64,000 bases of DNA from an uncultured Gemmatimonadales bacterium (GCA_963821525.1 CAWGED010000012.1:160001-224000); one strand, 5' to 3'; counted from the stretch's first letter, positions 22,817 to 33,835 are shown. Program-made: numbers and translations. Notes: generated from the sequence alone by a model not told the origin.

Positions 22817-23743
22817 TTGAATGCGATGCTTGGAGCTACACTCGCGCTTCTGATTGCACTCGATACCACTGTGGTCCGGGATGTCACGGTGGCCCCAGGA
22901 GAGACCCTCCGCACAACATCCATCGGCTCCGGACAGCCCGTGGTGTTTGTTACGGGCATCTTCGGCGGAGCATTCGGTTTCCGCAAGGTCATCGAACCCC
23001 TCACTGAGCGTGGATACCGCTGCATCGTAATCGAGCCACTCGGTTACGGATGGTCTTCTCATCCCTCGAAGGCTGACTACTCCTATGCCGCCCAGGCTGA
23101 CCGGATCGGTGGCGTCATGGATTCGCTGGGTGTGGGAAGCGCGCTCGTTGTCGCCCAGTCCAGCGGCGCAGCGATGGCGTACCGCCTCACCTACCGGCGG
23201 CCCGACCTGGTGAAGGGGCTGGTATCGATCGACGGAGGCCCCGCGGAATCGGCCGGGACGCCTGGTCTCCGTCATGCCCTTCGCTTCGGCGGCTTCTTGA
23301 CCAAGCTCTTTGTCGGGGCGGGGACCTTGCGGAGCAAGGTACGGCATGACCTGATCGAGAACTCAGGCGACACGTCCTGGGTCACCGATTCGGTGGTTCG
23401 CGAGTACACGGCGGGTCAGGCGGCGGACGTTCACGGGGCGATCGACGGGCTGCGAAAGATCAGCAAGTCGCACGAACCGGAATCGCTGCGCGCCAGGCTG
23501 CATGAATCCTTGGTGCCGGTCCGCCTGCTGTTCGGCACCGCGCCCCATCCGAGCAGGATCAAGCCTGAGGAGATTGAACTCCTGAGGTCGGAGCTGCCCG
23601 ACTTCGCGATTGACAGCGTCCAAGGCGCGGGCCAGTACGTCCATGAGGAGCAGCCGGAGGCGGTGATCGCCGCGGTGGAACGAATGTCAGCGCCGCCGCC
23701 GTTTGTGCTCGAGCCACCTTTTAACGCGGTGGTGCCTCCTTGA
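22817..23743 (+). CDS. Alpha/beta fold hydrolase, probably exported
   Basis: GYGWS, nucleophile-elbow variant [18 protein letters not shown]-terminal motif (Gln where the catalytic His usually lies). Confidence 0.8.
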   Translation: MNAMLGATLALLIALDTTVVRDVTVAPGETLRTTSIGSGQPVVFVTGIFGGAFGFRKVIEPLTERGYRCIVIEPLGYGWSSHPSKADYSYAAQADRIGGVMDSLGVGSALVVAQSSGAAMAYRLTYRRPDLVKGLVSIDGGPAESAGTPGLRHALRFGGFLTKLFVGAGTLRSKVRHDLIENSGDTSWVTDSVVREYTAGQAADVHGAIDGLRKISKSHEPESLRARLHESLVPVRLLFGTAPHPSRIKPEEIELLRSELPDFAIDSVQGAGQYVHEEQPEAVIAAVERMSAPPPFVLEPPFNAVVPP

Positions 23744-24176
23744 AAAGCGCCAGGTATTGGCCGTAGCCTTCCGCCTCCAGCCGGTCCACCGGGATGAACC
23801 TGAGAGAGGCTGAATTCATGCAGAATCGCTGCCCGGTCGGAGCCGGGCCGTCGTCAAAGAGATGCCCAAGATGCGAGTCCGCATGCGCGGACCGGACCTC
23901 GGTCCGTGCGATGAAAAGATGCCGGTCGGTCTTGGTTTGAATGTTCTCCGGCTCCAGCGGCTTGGTGAAGCTGGGCCAGCCGGTGCCCGAGTCGTACTTG
24001 TCGAGTGAGCTGAAGAGCGGCTCTCCCGAGACCGCGTCGACGTAGATTCCCGCCGCGTGATTGTCCCAGTACTCGTTCTGAAAGGGCCGCTCGGTGGCTT
24101 CCTTCTGGGTCACCTGGTACTGCATGGGAGTGAGCCGCTGCCGCAGCTCCGCATCTGAAGGCTTCTTGTAGTCCAT
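23721..24176 (-). CDS. msrB: Peptide-methionine (R)-S-oxide reductase
   Basis: [42 protein letters not shown]. Confidence 0.96.
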   Translation of the reverse strand: MDYKKPSDAELRQRLTPMQYQVTQKEATERPFQNEYWDNHAAGIYVDAVSGEPLFSSLDKYDSGTGWPSFTKPLEPENIQTKTDRHLFIARTEVRSAHADSHLGHLFDDGPAPTGQRFCMNSASLRFIPVDRLEAEGYGQYLALFKEAPPR

Positions 24177-24178
24177 GG

Positions 24179-25482
24179 CTAGGCTTCTCTGAGGTATCCC
24201 CAGGTGTGCAGTTTGTCGTGGTCTTCGAACCAGCGATCCCCGATGTCAGTGCGATAGTACATGTCGGGGATGAGAATGTTCTTGATCCGGTTGTAGGCAT
24301 GGGACTGGGCCTGCCGCATGGTCGGGCCCAGCCCGACTACCACCAGTACAACGCCCGATGTTCCCGTCACCACCCATTGCTCGTTCACCTGGCGGACGTC
24401 CTCGATATGGACCTCCTCGGTGGCGGGCTTCTTGAACAGGATCACGGCGTCTTGGATACCGACTCGAATGTGGCGTCGTCATCGAACGGGAAGGGCGAGA
24501 CCACGATCCGTACCCCGATCTGGAAGCCGCTCTTCACCCGGAGTTTCGGCGTCTCGCCCCGGGCGAGGTCGTACAGAAATTCCCCGATCGGCGTCAGCAT
24601 CGCCTCCTGCTGGATCATGATCGTCGGATAGCCGAACCGGGAAGTGAATTCCAGCGGGTAAATCCCGTTCCCGTTCACGATGCAGTTGAGGTCGATATAT
24701 CCGACGTATCCCTCCTCGGCCAGCCGGCTTTCCATCTTGGCAAGCGTGCTGTTGAAGATCTTGTTGGGGCCACTCCAGAACATGGCCGTCCCCATCTCGC
24801 CGGTTGAAGGGCCGATGTTCCCGGGGAAGAGCTTCTTATGCTCGAAGTTGACGTTGATCGGGTAGACGAACTGCTGGCCATTGAAGAAAGCACCAACGGC
24901 GACTTCCACACCGGTCACCCGGCGCTGGAGCTGGAAGACCTTGATCTCGTCGGCGAAAGACCTCTTGTAGGCCTCGAGCACCCGCATCACGTCTTCCCCA
25001 TCGTCGTCCTCACCCACGAAGAGCCGCCGTTTCACGTTCTGTGCTTCGCCGCTGGGCTTGATGACATAGCGGTCCGGATTGGCCCGCACGAACTCGATCG
25101 CCTCGGTGAAGTCGTCGAACTCCTTGTAGGGGAGGATTCCGACTCCTGCCTCCCGCAGCTGCTCCTGGCCGAAGGAGCGGTCGTCTTCCAGCCGGTCGGT
25201 GTACGGTGAGCCGCCGACGACGAGCTTCCCCTTTTCGCGCAGGGCCTGGGCCTTGGCTCCCTGCCCCAGCGTGTCGTCGAAGACAACCACATCGGCCCAG
25301 GGCAGATCCGCCTCCCAGTTGGTGGACTTGGGAACGAACCCGTCGGCGATGTCCCGCTCCCGCTCGGCTTCGATGAAATAGCGCACCCCGTGGCCCTCCT
25401 TCAGCACCTGCCACGCGATGTCGCCGATCAAGCCGGACAGCGAGACGAAGAGGAAGTTCTTCCGGTCGGTGGAGTCGCCCAT
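24179..25482 (-). CDS. PurD-like (phosphoribosylamine-glycine ligase-like) ATP-grasp protein of a divergent type; apparent frameshift ~24445
   Basis: [48 protein letters not shown]; lacks the canonical bacterial PurD N-terminal GSGGREHA. Confidence 0.75.
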
Positions 25483-25484
25483 GG

Positions 25485-26024
25485 TCAGTTGGCCAATCCC
25501 AACTGTTTCAGGAAGCCGTAGGCGTCGTAGTAGTCACCCTGGTAGGCGATGTGATCTCCCCGCAACCGGATCAGGGTAGCGCCCTTGAAGGAGAACTTCT
25601 TACCGGTGGGCTTGGTCCCGTCTGCGAAGGGCCCGGTGTGGGTCCCGGTGAAGGTCCACTGGAAGGCGATACCGTCGGGCCCCACGATCGGAGGCGTCGA
25701 GTCCCGCACCCAATTGCAGTCGGGGGCCGCGGTCAGGAAGGCCTGGATCACATTCTTCCGGGCGGAATCGCGGCTCACTTGTGGAACACCAACGGTGGCG
25801 TCGTAGTAGACCACATCATCCGTCATGTAGCTGGCGGCTTTGCCGGCATCGTGTGCGTTCCAGGCGGCCATGTACTGGTCCACGACCTGAACCGGGTTGA
25901 TCGCCGCAGATCCCGAGTCGGAAGCAGGTTTGGCGGCAGGGGCCCGACACGAACCAAGGGTCGCGAGCAGGATGGCTGGGAGGACGATTCGGCTGGTCAC
26001 AGACTTCCGGAGCGTTCCGGTCAT
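25485..26024 (-). CDS. SnoaL/NTF2-like (ester cyclase family) lipoprotein
   Basis: LGSC lipobox; YMAAWNAHD, QWTFTGTHTGPF..PTGKKFSFKG, GDYYD. Confidence 0.8.
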   Translation of the reverse strand: MTGTLRKSVTSRIVLPAILLATLGSCRAPAAKPASDSGSAAINPVQVVDQYMAAWNAHDAGKAASYMTDDVVYYDATVGVPQVSRDSARKNVIQAFLTAAPDCNWVRDSTPPIVGPDGIAFQWTFTGTHTGPFADGTKPTGKKFSFKGATLIRLRGDHIAYQGDYYDAYGFLKQLGLAN

Positions 26025-26088
26025 GGGTTCCCCCCGCGACGCGCTGCGCCGCGGGGCCTCGTCATGAGGTGGTGTGGTTCGCGCGGAC

Positions 26089-27015
26089 TCACTTGCCCTG
26101 CAGATTGGCGAGCACCTGCTGCAGGTTGAGACTGCGGGCTTGGGACTGGACCTGATCCCGCACCTTGGGGAACAACGCCTTGGCCTCCTCCTGGAACCGG
26201 GCGAAGAGCCTTCGCAGGTCTTCCCCACTGAGTCTCCGCCCCTGGGCATAGTACTGCTTGGCGACATGGCCCAGCGCATAGGTCGAGCTGAATGACACCG
26301 CCGCCCCTGCCGCGAGTCCGGTAACGCCGCCGACCAAGCCTCCCAGGATGCCACCGGCGATCCCGCCGAGCACTTTGCGAACCACACTCTCCATCACCTG
26401 GGCGGCGGCTCCGAGGCCCAGCGTTCCGGCGAGATCCTTGACCTGATTGGCATCGAGCTTCTGCCCGAAATGCTGCCCGATCATGTAGACCAGGCGGAGC
26501 TGAAGCGGCAGGATGGCGACGTTGGCCAGGCGGTCGGGGAGGATTTCCAGGGCGCCGGTCAGCATCGCCTGCTTCAGGATCAGATCGTCGAGCACCGCAT
26601 CGGAAGGCGGATTGCCGGTATTGACTTGAACGTCGGGAAGGTTGGTCCCCGCCCCTGCCAGGGCGGTGGCCTGCTGATCGGATTCACGCACCGAGGACAG
26701 GCTGAGCCCGAGGACTCCTCTCAGCTGGTTGATGAAATCCATTTCCGGGGGGTTGGCCGCACCGTCGGAATGGACGACCGCGAGAGCCGTGTCATAGGCC
26801 ATCTTCCGGGCGTCCTCCCCGGAAAGACGTCCCGCGAGCTCCTGCAGATCAATCTTCCCGGTGCTCGCCCGTCGGGCTTCTTCGTCGAGCTGGGTCATTC
26901 CGAGCCGCTTGAACACCTCGGCAAGCTGAGCGCCCTCTTCCGGGGTCTGCGTTCCGTCCGCCAGGGCGGCGAGCAGGGCGATAGTGGCTATGGTTTCCTG
27001 ATCGGTCTGATTCAT
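26089..27015 (-). CDS. TerB-like (DUF533-like) domain fused to a DUF697/YcjF-like domain
   Basis: ALLAALADG...EE, AVVHSDGAANPPE (TerB-like); ILPLQLRLVYMIG..., glycine-rich helices, STYALGHVAKQYY (DUF697-like). Confidence 0.7.
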   Translation of the reverse strand: MNQTDQETIATIALLAALADGTQTPEEGAQLAEVFKRLGMTQLDEEARRASTGKIDLQELAGRLSGEDARKMAYDTALAVVHSDGAANPPEMDFINQLRGVLGLSLSSVRESDQQATALAGAGTNLPDVQVNTGNPPSDAVLDDLILKQAMLTGALEILPDRLANVAILPLQLRLVYMIGQHFGQKLDANQVKDLAGTLGLGAAAQVMESVVRKVLGGIAGGILGGLVGGVTGLAAGAAVSFSSTYALGHVAKQYYAQGRRLSGEDLRRLFARFQEEAKALFPKVRDQVQSQARSLNLQQVLANLQGK

Positions 27016-27135
27016 GGTTTAGCTCCGCGCGTGCTTCTGGGACATCTGCCAGCACACCATTCTATACGTGAATGGCTTCCCGCAGTAAGATAGGACGGGG
27101 GCTGGTGCAGCCCTGTTACCTCCAAGCGTGACCCC

Positions 27136-28528
27136 ATGGAACCCACCTACCAATTCGACCTCGTGTGCATCGGCAGCGGGCCGGCCGGCCAGCGGGCCGC
27201 CGTTCAGGCCGCCAAGCTGGGCAGCCGAGTCGCGATCGTCGAGAAATGCCGCTCGGTAGGCGGAGTTTGTCTCGATACCGGCACGATCCCCAGCAAGACG
27301 ATCCGCGAGGCGGTCCTATCCTTCTCGGGCAATGGTGCTGTGCTGGGCCGCCGAGGGATTCAAACGCCGCCCGACGCCGATCATCTGCTGGAACGGGTGG
27401 CGCACGTCGTGAGCCAGGAGGCGGCGGTGATCGAACACCAGCTCCGCCGCAACGGGGTGGAAGTCATCGTAGGCCACGCCTCTTTCCTGGACCCTCACAC
27501 GCTTGTGGTGCGCGCGGGAGACAGCTGGAGGGAGATAACGGCGAAGAACATTCTCATCGCCGTGGGGACCGTTCCGGCTCCCTCCCTCGGAATGGCAGCC
27601 GACGGGGTATCGATCGTCACCAGCGACGACATCGTCCGGCTGCCCCGCATCCCCAAGACCCTCACTGTGGTGGGCGCCGGAGTCATCGGCACCGAATACG
27701 CCTCGATCTTCGCGGCGCTCGGCGTGGGGGTGACGCTGGTCGACAAGCGCCGTCGTCCGCTGGAATTTCTGGATGAGGAGATCGTGGACGAGTTGCTGCA
27801 TCAGCTCCGGCGGCGCAACCTCATCTTTCGCCCTGGGGAAACGGTGGACCGGCTGGATATCTCCGAGGACGAACCGAAGCGAGTGGTGCATCCACCTGGA
27901 ATCGGGGAAGCGCATCGTTTCCGACATGGCGCTGTTCTCGGTCGGACGGATGGGTGCCACCGCTCAGCTCGACCTGAATTTGGCCGGCCTCAAAGCGGAT
28001 GAACGAGGGCGGCTGCAGGTGGACGACCAGTTCCGCACCGTGGTCCCGCACATCTACGCCGCAGGCGACGTGATCGGCCACCCGAGCCTCGCCGCGACGT
28101 CGAGCGAGCAGGGCCGGCTCGCCGCCTGCTACGCGCTGGGCAACCCGGTCTCAAAGATGCGGCAGCACTTCCCGATCGGGATCTACTCCATTCCGGAAAT
28201 CTCGATGGTGGGTGAAGCGGAACACGAGTTGACCAGCCAGAAGATTCCCTACGAGGTTGGGATCGCCCGGTACCGGGAGATCGCGAGAGGGCAGATCCTG
28301 GGAGACGACAGCGGCTTCTTCAAGATGCTGTTCCACCGGGAAGACCGCCGTCTCCTCGGCGTGCACATCATCGGAACCGGGGCAACGGAACTCCTGCACA
28401 TCGGCCAGACCGTGCTCGCCCTGGGAGCCGGGCTCGACTACTTCATGGAAACGGTGTTCAACTACCCCACGCTCGCCGAGTGTTACAAGGTGGCGGCGCT
28501 GAATGCGGCGAATAAGTTGGCGGTGTGA
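27136..28528 (+). CDS. sthA: Soluble (Si-specific) pyridine nucleotide transhydrogenase; apparent frameshift ~27885
   Basis: IGSGPAG, GGVCLDTGTIPSKT (CxxxxT, no redox disulfide), GAGVIG, GIYSIPEIS, VFNYPTLAECYKVAALN. Confidence 0.9.
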
Positions 28529-28529
28529 G

Positions 28530-28612
28530 GGGGCGGTAGGGCGGTAAGGCGGACCGGGCGGACCGGCGGACAGGCAAACCGACGAACCGACGAACCGACG
28601 AACCAACGACGC
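28530..28612. repeat. 8-mer tandem repeats (GGCGGTAG/GGCGGACC-like, then AACCGACG x4) between convergent genes
   Basis: ggcggtagggcggtaaggcggaccgggcggaccggcggac ... aaccgacgaaccgacgaaccgacgaaccaacg. Confidence 0.8.
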
Positions 28613-28616
28613 TCAC

Positions 28617-31198
28617 TCACGACTGCCCCGACAACTTCTCCAACGCCTCCCCCAGATCCGGAACTTCCGTCAGCACCGGCGCCACCGGGTCGTGACCCAG
28701 CTTCTGCATCCGCTCGATGGCCGTCCGGATAGTGAACTTCGTGGGATCGAGCTTGTTGTTGACCTCCTTCCACTCCAGCGGCATGGAGACCGTCGCCCCC
28801 GGCAAGGGCCGAACCGCGTAGGGCGCCACGATCAGCTGCCCGTGACGGTTCTGCATGTAGTCGAGATAGACCTTGGTCCCTCGGCTCCGGATGTGCCGGA
28901 TGATGGTGGTGATGTCTCCCAGCTCACGCATCACGACTCGCGCGAGCAATTCCCCGAGCCCTCGAGACATCTCCCAGGTGAGCTGCTTACCCAGGGGCAC
29001 CATCACGTGCAGGCCGGTCTTTCCGGTCGTCTTCACGTAGTTGGGCAAGCCCGCCGCTTCACACCGCTCATGTAAGAGCCGAGCGACCTTGATCACATCG
29101 CTGAAGGGGGCCTCCTTGGGGTCGAGATCCATGACACACCAGTCAGGACGCTCCAGCGAGCCCGCGCTGCTGAGCCAGAGATGCAGCGGGATCGCCCCCA
29201 TGTTCGCGATATAGAGCAGAGAATCGAGATCATCGCACACGAAATACTTGATGTCCCGCCCGGTATCTTCGCTCCAGATCGGAACCGTCCGAATCCAATC
29301 CGGTATGAAGTCTGGCGCATCCTTCTGATAGAACGACTTTCCCTCGATCCCGTCTGGAAAGCGGGTGAGCACGACCGGCCTGTCGCGCAGATAAGGGAGC
29401 AGCCAGGGCGAGACTCCGCGGTAGTACTCGATTAGATCGCCCTTGGTGTAACCCTCGGCCGGCCAGAAGACTTTCTTCAGGTTGGTGAGTTGCAGGGGGA
29501 CAGAGCGGCGGCTCGGCGGCTCGGCGGCACGGCTCGGCGGCTCGGCGGCAGCGCGGCTCGGCGGCTCGGCTTTGGCCTTCCGACCTTTCTTCGGTTCGTC
29601 ATTCGATAATTCCGCCATTCCGCCATTCCGCCATTTGGCGAGTTCCGATGCACTCCTCGGGTTTCTTATCGTCGCGCCAGCGGAGGAACACCGGGTGACG
29701 CAGCAGGCCTTCATCGGTCCACTCGGTGAAGCGCACCTCACAGACCAATTCCGGTTCAACCCAGGTTGAGTCCTTCTTCGCCTCCGTGGGCACCTTCTCG
29801 CAGGGCGGCGTCTTTCGCTTCTTCTGCTCCAGGTGCTCCCGAATTCCGGTGAGATCCTTGTCGGTGAGCCCGCTGCCCGCGCGACCGGAATAGGTCAGCG
29901 CTCCGTCCACATACTGCGCGAGATGGAGCGCCCCCAGCCCCGCGCGCGATCCCTTGGGAGCGGTGAAGCCGACCACGACGAAATCGTCGCTCTTGGCCGC
30001 ACGAAGCTTGAGCCAGTTTCCCGAGCGGCCACCTTTGTAGGGGGCATCGGCCTTCTTTGCGACAAGACCCTCCAGCCCCATGCGTTCGGCCTCGGCGAAA
30101 GCCCGCTCCCCTTCCCGCTCGACGTGGTCGACGTAGCGGATGGCGCCGACCTCGGGGACGACCTGTTTCAGGATTTCCTTTCTTGCCTCCAGCGGCAGCG
30201 GGCGCAGGTCGTAGGGACCAAAGGCGAGAAGATCGAAGACGAAGTAGACCACCGGTTGCTCGATCGCCGCGCGCTGCACCTCGAGCGGGCGCCGGAGCCT
30301 GCCCCGTTGCTGCAATCCCTGAAAACTCGGCCGTCCGGTCGGATCCAGCGCCACCACCTCGCCGTCAAAGATCAGCGAATCGAACGGCATCGCCGCTACA
30401 GACTTCGCGATCTCGGGAAAGGTGACGGTAGCGTCGTTGTGATTGCGGGTGAGGAGAACAACCTGCCCCTTCCGCCGTTCGGCAAGGAGCCGGTATCCGT
30501 CGAGCTTAAGCTCGAACAGCCAGCCGTCGCGGGTGAACGGCTTCTCGGCAACTTCCGCCAGCATCAAGTCAACTTTGTCCGCCGTGATCTCCCGCTTGAG
30601 CGCCTTCACCCGCTCGAGAGCCTTCAGCACGGGCGCCGCCAGATCCGTCCTTGCCTTCATGTCTTCGACGGTGACGCCGGAAAGCACGGAGCCCTCGGGC
30701 ACTTCGCGCGCCACCGGGAGTTACGTACGCATCCCGTTCCTTGATCAGCAACCATTCCTTTTCGCCCTTCTTCAGCTTCACGAGAGTCCACATTCCGTGC
30801 AGCTTGTGGCCATCGAGGCGGAACAGGAGCTTCCCCTTCGCCAGGCCCTCGTTGGGGTCACCGACGGGAGTCCAGCTACCCCGGTCCCACACGATCACCG
30901 CTCCAGCGCCGTAGTTGCCCTCGGGAATCATCCCTTCGAAGTCCCCGTACTCCACCGGGTGATCCTCGACGTGCACCGCCAGGCGCTTGTCGTTCGGATC
31001 GTAGGACGGACCCTTGGGCACGGCCCAGGAGCGGAGGACCCCATCCATTTCGAGCCGAAGATCGAAGTGAAGCCGACGGGCGGCGTGTTTGTGCACGACG
31101 AACAGGTGCCCGCCACCCGGGGCAACGGATCCGCCCGGCTCCGGGGTGGCCTCGAGACGTCGCTTGGCCCGATAGGATGAGAGCGGATGCTCAGGCAT
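28617..31198 (-). CDS. ligD: NHEJ DNA ligase D (phosphoesterase-ligase-polymerase); apparent frameshifts ~30720 and ~29620
   Basis: PE: HKHAARRLHFDLRLE, SWAVPKG, VEDHP; LIG: ELKLDGYR, EGLVAK, WLK, LRHPVF; POL: TKGDLIEYY, RFPDG, DLDP, KTTGKTGLH, YLDY..N. Confidence 0.93.
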
Positions 31199-31328
31199 GG
31201 TCGGAAAAAGACAGGTAATCGGGGGAAAGGTAAAGAGGGCGGGAAGGCTCACGTCTCACGTCACCTCCGACTTGCAGTCTTACAAGTTCCAATCCTATTG
31301 TAAACTTTCCTCCGTCCGTCTGGGAAAT

Positions 31329-32204
31329 ATGGCTGCACGTACCATGGGTTCCGCGACAATCTCCTTCGGGCTCGTTTCCGTGCCCGTCGTCATGTACTCC
31401 TCGAGCGAGTCCGCGGCGAGCGTCTCGTTCAACATGCTGCACAAGAGCTGCGGGACCCGGCTCAAGCAGCAGTATATCTGCCCCAAGGACAACGTGGTGG
31501 TCGAGAAGGACGAGGTCGCCAAGGGGTACGAGTTCTCCAAGGGTCAGTACGTCTTGTTCTCCCCCGAAGAACTGAAGGCCCTCGACGAGAAGGCCACCAA
31601 CACCATCGACATTTCGGAGTTCGTGCCACTGGCGAAGGTGGACCGGATCTACCTCGAGAAGGCCTACTACCTGGGGCCCGACAAGGGTGGTGAACGCGCC
31701 TACCGGCTGTTGCTCGAGGCCCTGAGGGTGAGCGGCCGGGCGGCAGTGGGGCAGTATTCCGCCCGCGGGAAGCAGAACCTGATCCTGGTGCGTCCCCTGG
31801 AGGGAGCGCTGGTTCTGGAACAGCTGCACTATGCCGATGAGCTGCGCCCGGTGAGCGAGGTGCCGATCCCCGACACCCAGGTGAAGGACGCGGAGTTGCA
31901 GCTGGCCAAGCAATTGATCGACCAGTCCGCCACCGACGAGTTCAAGCCGGCCCAGTATCACGACACGGTGAAAGACCGGGTCCTGGAGGCGATTCAAGCC
32001 AAGGTGGATGGCCAGGAGATCGTGGCCGACGAGCCGCAGGCCCAGGAGACCAAGATCATCGACCTGATGGAAGCGCTGAAGGCGAGCCTCTCCAAGTCGG
32101 GCAAGGCCCCCGCCGGGAAGGCGCCGGCGATGAAGGTCGTCAAGGGCGGCAAGGCCGCGAAGTCGGGAGGGGAGAAGAGGGTGAAGAAGGCCGCGAGGGG
32201 ATAG
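31329..32204 (+). CDS. ku: NHEJ DNA end-binding protein Ku
   Basis: TISFGLVSVPV, KGYE, IDISEFV, YYLGPD, AYRLL..AL, IDLMEALKASL, Lys/Ala-rich basic tail; divergent from ligD. Confidence 0.96.
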   Translation: MAARTMGSATISFGLVSVPVVMYSSSESAASVSFNMLHKSCGTRLKQQYICPKDNVVVEKDEVAKGYEFSKGQYVLFSPEELKALDEKATNTIDISEFVPLAKVDRIYLEKAYYLGPDKGGERAYRLLLEALRVSGRAAVGQYSARGKQNLILVRPLEGALVLEQLHYADELRPVSEVPIPDTQVKDAELQLAKQLIDQSATDEFKPAQYHDTVKDRVLEAIQAKVDGQEIVADEPQAQETKIIDLMEALKASLSKSGKAPAGKAPAMKVVKGGKAAKSGGEKRVKKAARG

Positions 32205-32209
32205 GTTCA

Positions 32210-32275
32210 AGGGTCGTCGGTCGGGAGTCATGAGTCTTGAGTCAACGGACTCACGACCCAAGACCCCCGACCTGA
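32210..32275. repeat. Degenerate heptamer repeats in inverted arms
   Basis: ggtcgtcggtcgggagtcatgagtcttgagtc ... gactcacgacccaagacccccgacc. Confidence 0.65.
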
Positions 32276-32293
32276 GGCCATCGCTCCCAGGCC

Positions 32294-33121
32294 ATGAAAT
32301 CCTACAGCACAGCCGACGTTGCCCGCCTGATCGCACTCACGCCCCCGCAGGTTCGGGCGTACGCTCGGGCGGGCTTTCTGCGTCCGGCCCGGGGTCCGCG
32401 TAACACCTACCGGTTCTCCTTCCAGGATCTCGTGCTGCTCCGTGCCGCCAAGGCGCTACGCGATGGACACGTCCCGGGCCGCCGCATTCGTCGGGCGCTC
32501 CGTGGGCTGGCCCAGACCCTCCCGGCCGGTCGAGCGCTGAGCGAGATGCGGATCACTGCCGATGGGAACCGCGTGGTGGTGCGGGACAACGGCTGGATCT
32601 GGCAGCCGGATTCCGGCCAGATGCTGTTCGACCTCAGGGTCGGCAACCTGGCCCGGAAGGCTGCTCCGATCGCGCGGCGCCATGCGCGTCATGCGCGAGC
32701 TCGGGAGGAGACGCTCTCGGCGGACGACTGGTTCGGTCTCGGTGAGGAACTCGAGGCGGTCGAGCCCAGCGATGCGGAGGATGCGTATCGCCGTGCGCTG
32801 GCGCTCGACCCGCGGAACGCCGACGCGCACGTCAACCTCGGCCGGCTGCTCCAGGAGCGAGGGCGGGTGGAAGAAGCCGTTCTCCAGTATGAGGAAGCGC
32901 TTCGGCTCTCCCCCAAGCACGCACCCGCCGCCTTTAACCTCGGCACCGCCCTCGAAGATCTGAAGCGCACCAATGCCGCGATCGCAGCCTACCGCCGGGC
33001 AGTCGCACTGGACGAACAGCTCGCGGACGCCCACTACAACTTGTCGCGGCTCTACGAGAAAATAGGACAGCGTCAGGCAGCACTGCGGCATCTGAGCGCG
33101 TACCGGGACCTGGTTCGCTGA
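32294..33121 (+). CDS. MerR-like HTH + TPR protein
   Basis: YSTADVARLI...VRAYARAGFL..YRFSFQDL (MerR-like wHTH); 3-4 TPRs (ADAHVNLGRLL, APAAFNLG, ADAHYNL). Confidence 0.85.
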   Translation: MKSYSTADVARLIALTPPQVRAYARAGFLRPARGPRNTYRFSFQDLVLLRAAKALRDGHVPGRRIRRALRGLAQTLPAGRALSEMRITADGNRVVVRDNGWIWQPDSGQMLFDLRVGNLARKAAPIARRHARHARAREETLSADDWFGLGEELEAVEPSDAEDAYRRALALDPRNADAHVNLGRLLQERGRVEEAVLQYEEALRLSPKHAPAAFNLGTALEDLKRTNAAIAAYRRAVALDEQLADAHYNLSRLYEKIGQRQAALRHLSAYRDLVR

Positions 33122-33133
33122 CTGGAGGGGACG

Positions 33134-33835
33134 GTGCGGATTCTGTCGGGGACCAGCGGATGGTCGTTCAAGGAATGGAAGGGCAGCTTCTATCCGGCCG
33201 ACCTGCCGGCGGACCGCTACCTCGCCTATTACGCCGAGCGTTTCGGCACCGTCGAGGTGAACAACACGTTCTATCGGATGCCCAAGGAGAGCGTCCTGCT
33301 CGAGTGGGCCGCTCAGGTGCCGCCGCAATTTCGATTCGCCGTCAAGGCATCCCAGCGCATCACCCACTATTCCCGCCTCAAGGACGTGGCGGACAACCTC
33401 GCCTACTTCCTCCGCATCACGAACTCGCTGGGCGAGGCGCGGGGGCCGTCTCTCTTCCAGCTGCCTCCCAACCTGAAGAAAGATCTCCCGCTTCTGGTGG
33501 ACTTCCTCGCCCAGCTGCCGCCGCGCTGGCGCTCGACTGTCGAGTTCCGGCATCCGACCTGGCTCGCGGACGATGTGTACGATGCTTTACGAGAAAAGGA
33601 TGTTGCGCTCTGTGTGGCGGACCAGGATGATTTCTCGGTGCCGCCCATTGCGACGGCTTCGTGGGGTTATCTCAGGCTGCACCGGCTGACCTATGATGAG
33701 GCGGCTTTGGCGCGGTGGGCGGAGACGGTGCAGAAACAGCCGTGGGAGGAGTGCTACGTCTACTTCAAGCACGACGAGACCGAGGGCAGCGGCCCCGAGG
33801 CGGCGACCGCGTTTACCCGGTTAGTTCAGACCTAG
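33134..33835 (+). CDS. DUF72 (YecE-like) family protein
   Basis: GTSGW, FYP, VEVNNTFYRMP, KASQRITH, LFQLPP, EFRH, YLRLH; GGAGG RBS. Confidence 0.92.
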   Translation: MRILSGTSGWSFKEWKGSFYPADLPADRYLAYYAERFGTVEVNNTFYRMPKESVLLEWAAQVPPQFRFAVKASQRITHYSRLKDVADNLAYFLRITNSLGEARGPSLFQLPPNLKKDLPLLVDFLAQLPPRWRSTVEFRHPTWLADDVYDALREKDVALCVADQDDFSVPPIATASWGYLRLHRLTYDEAALARWAETVQKQPWEECYVYFKHDETEGSGPEAATAFTRLVQT

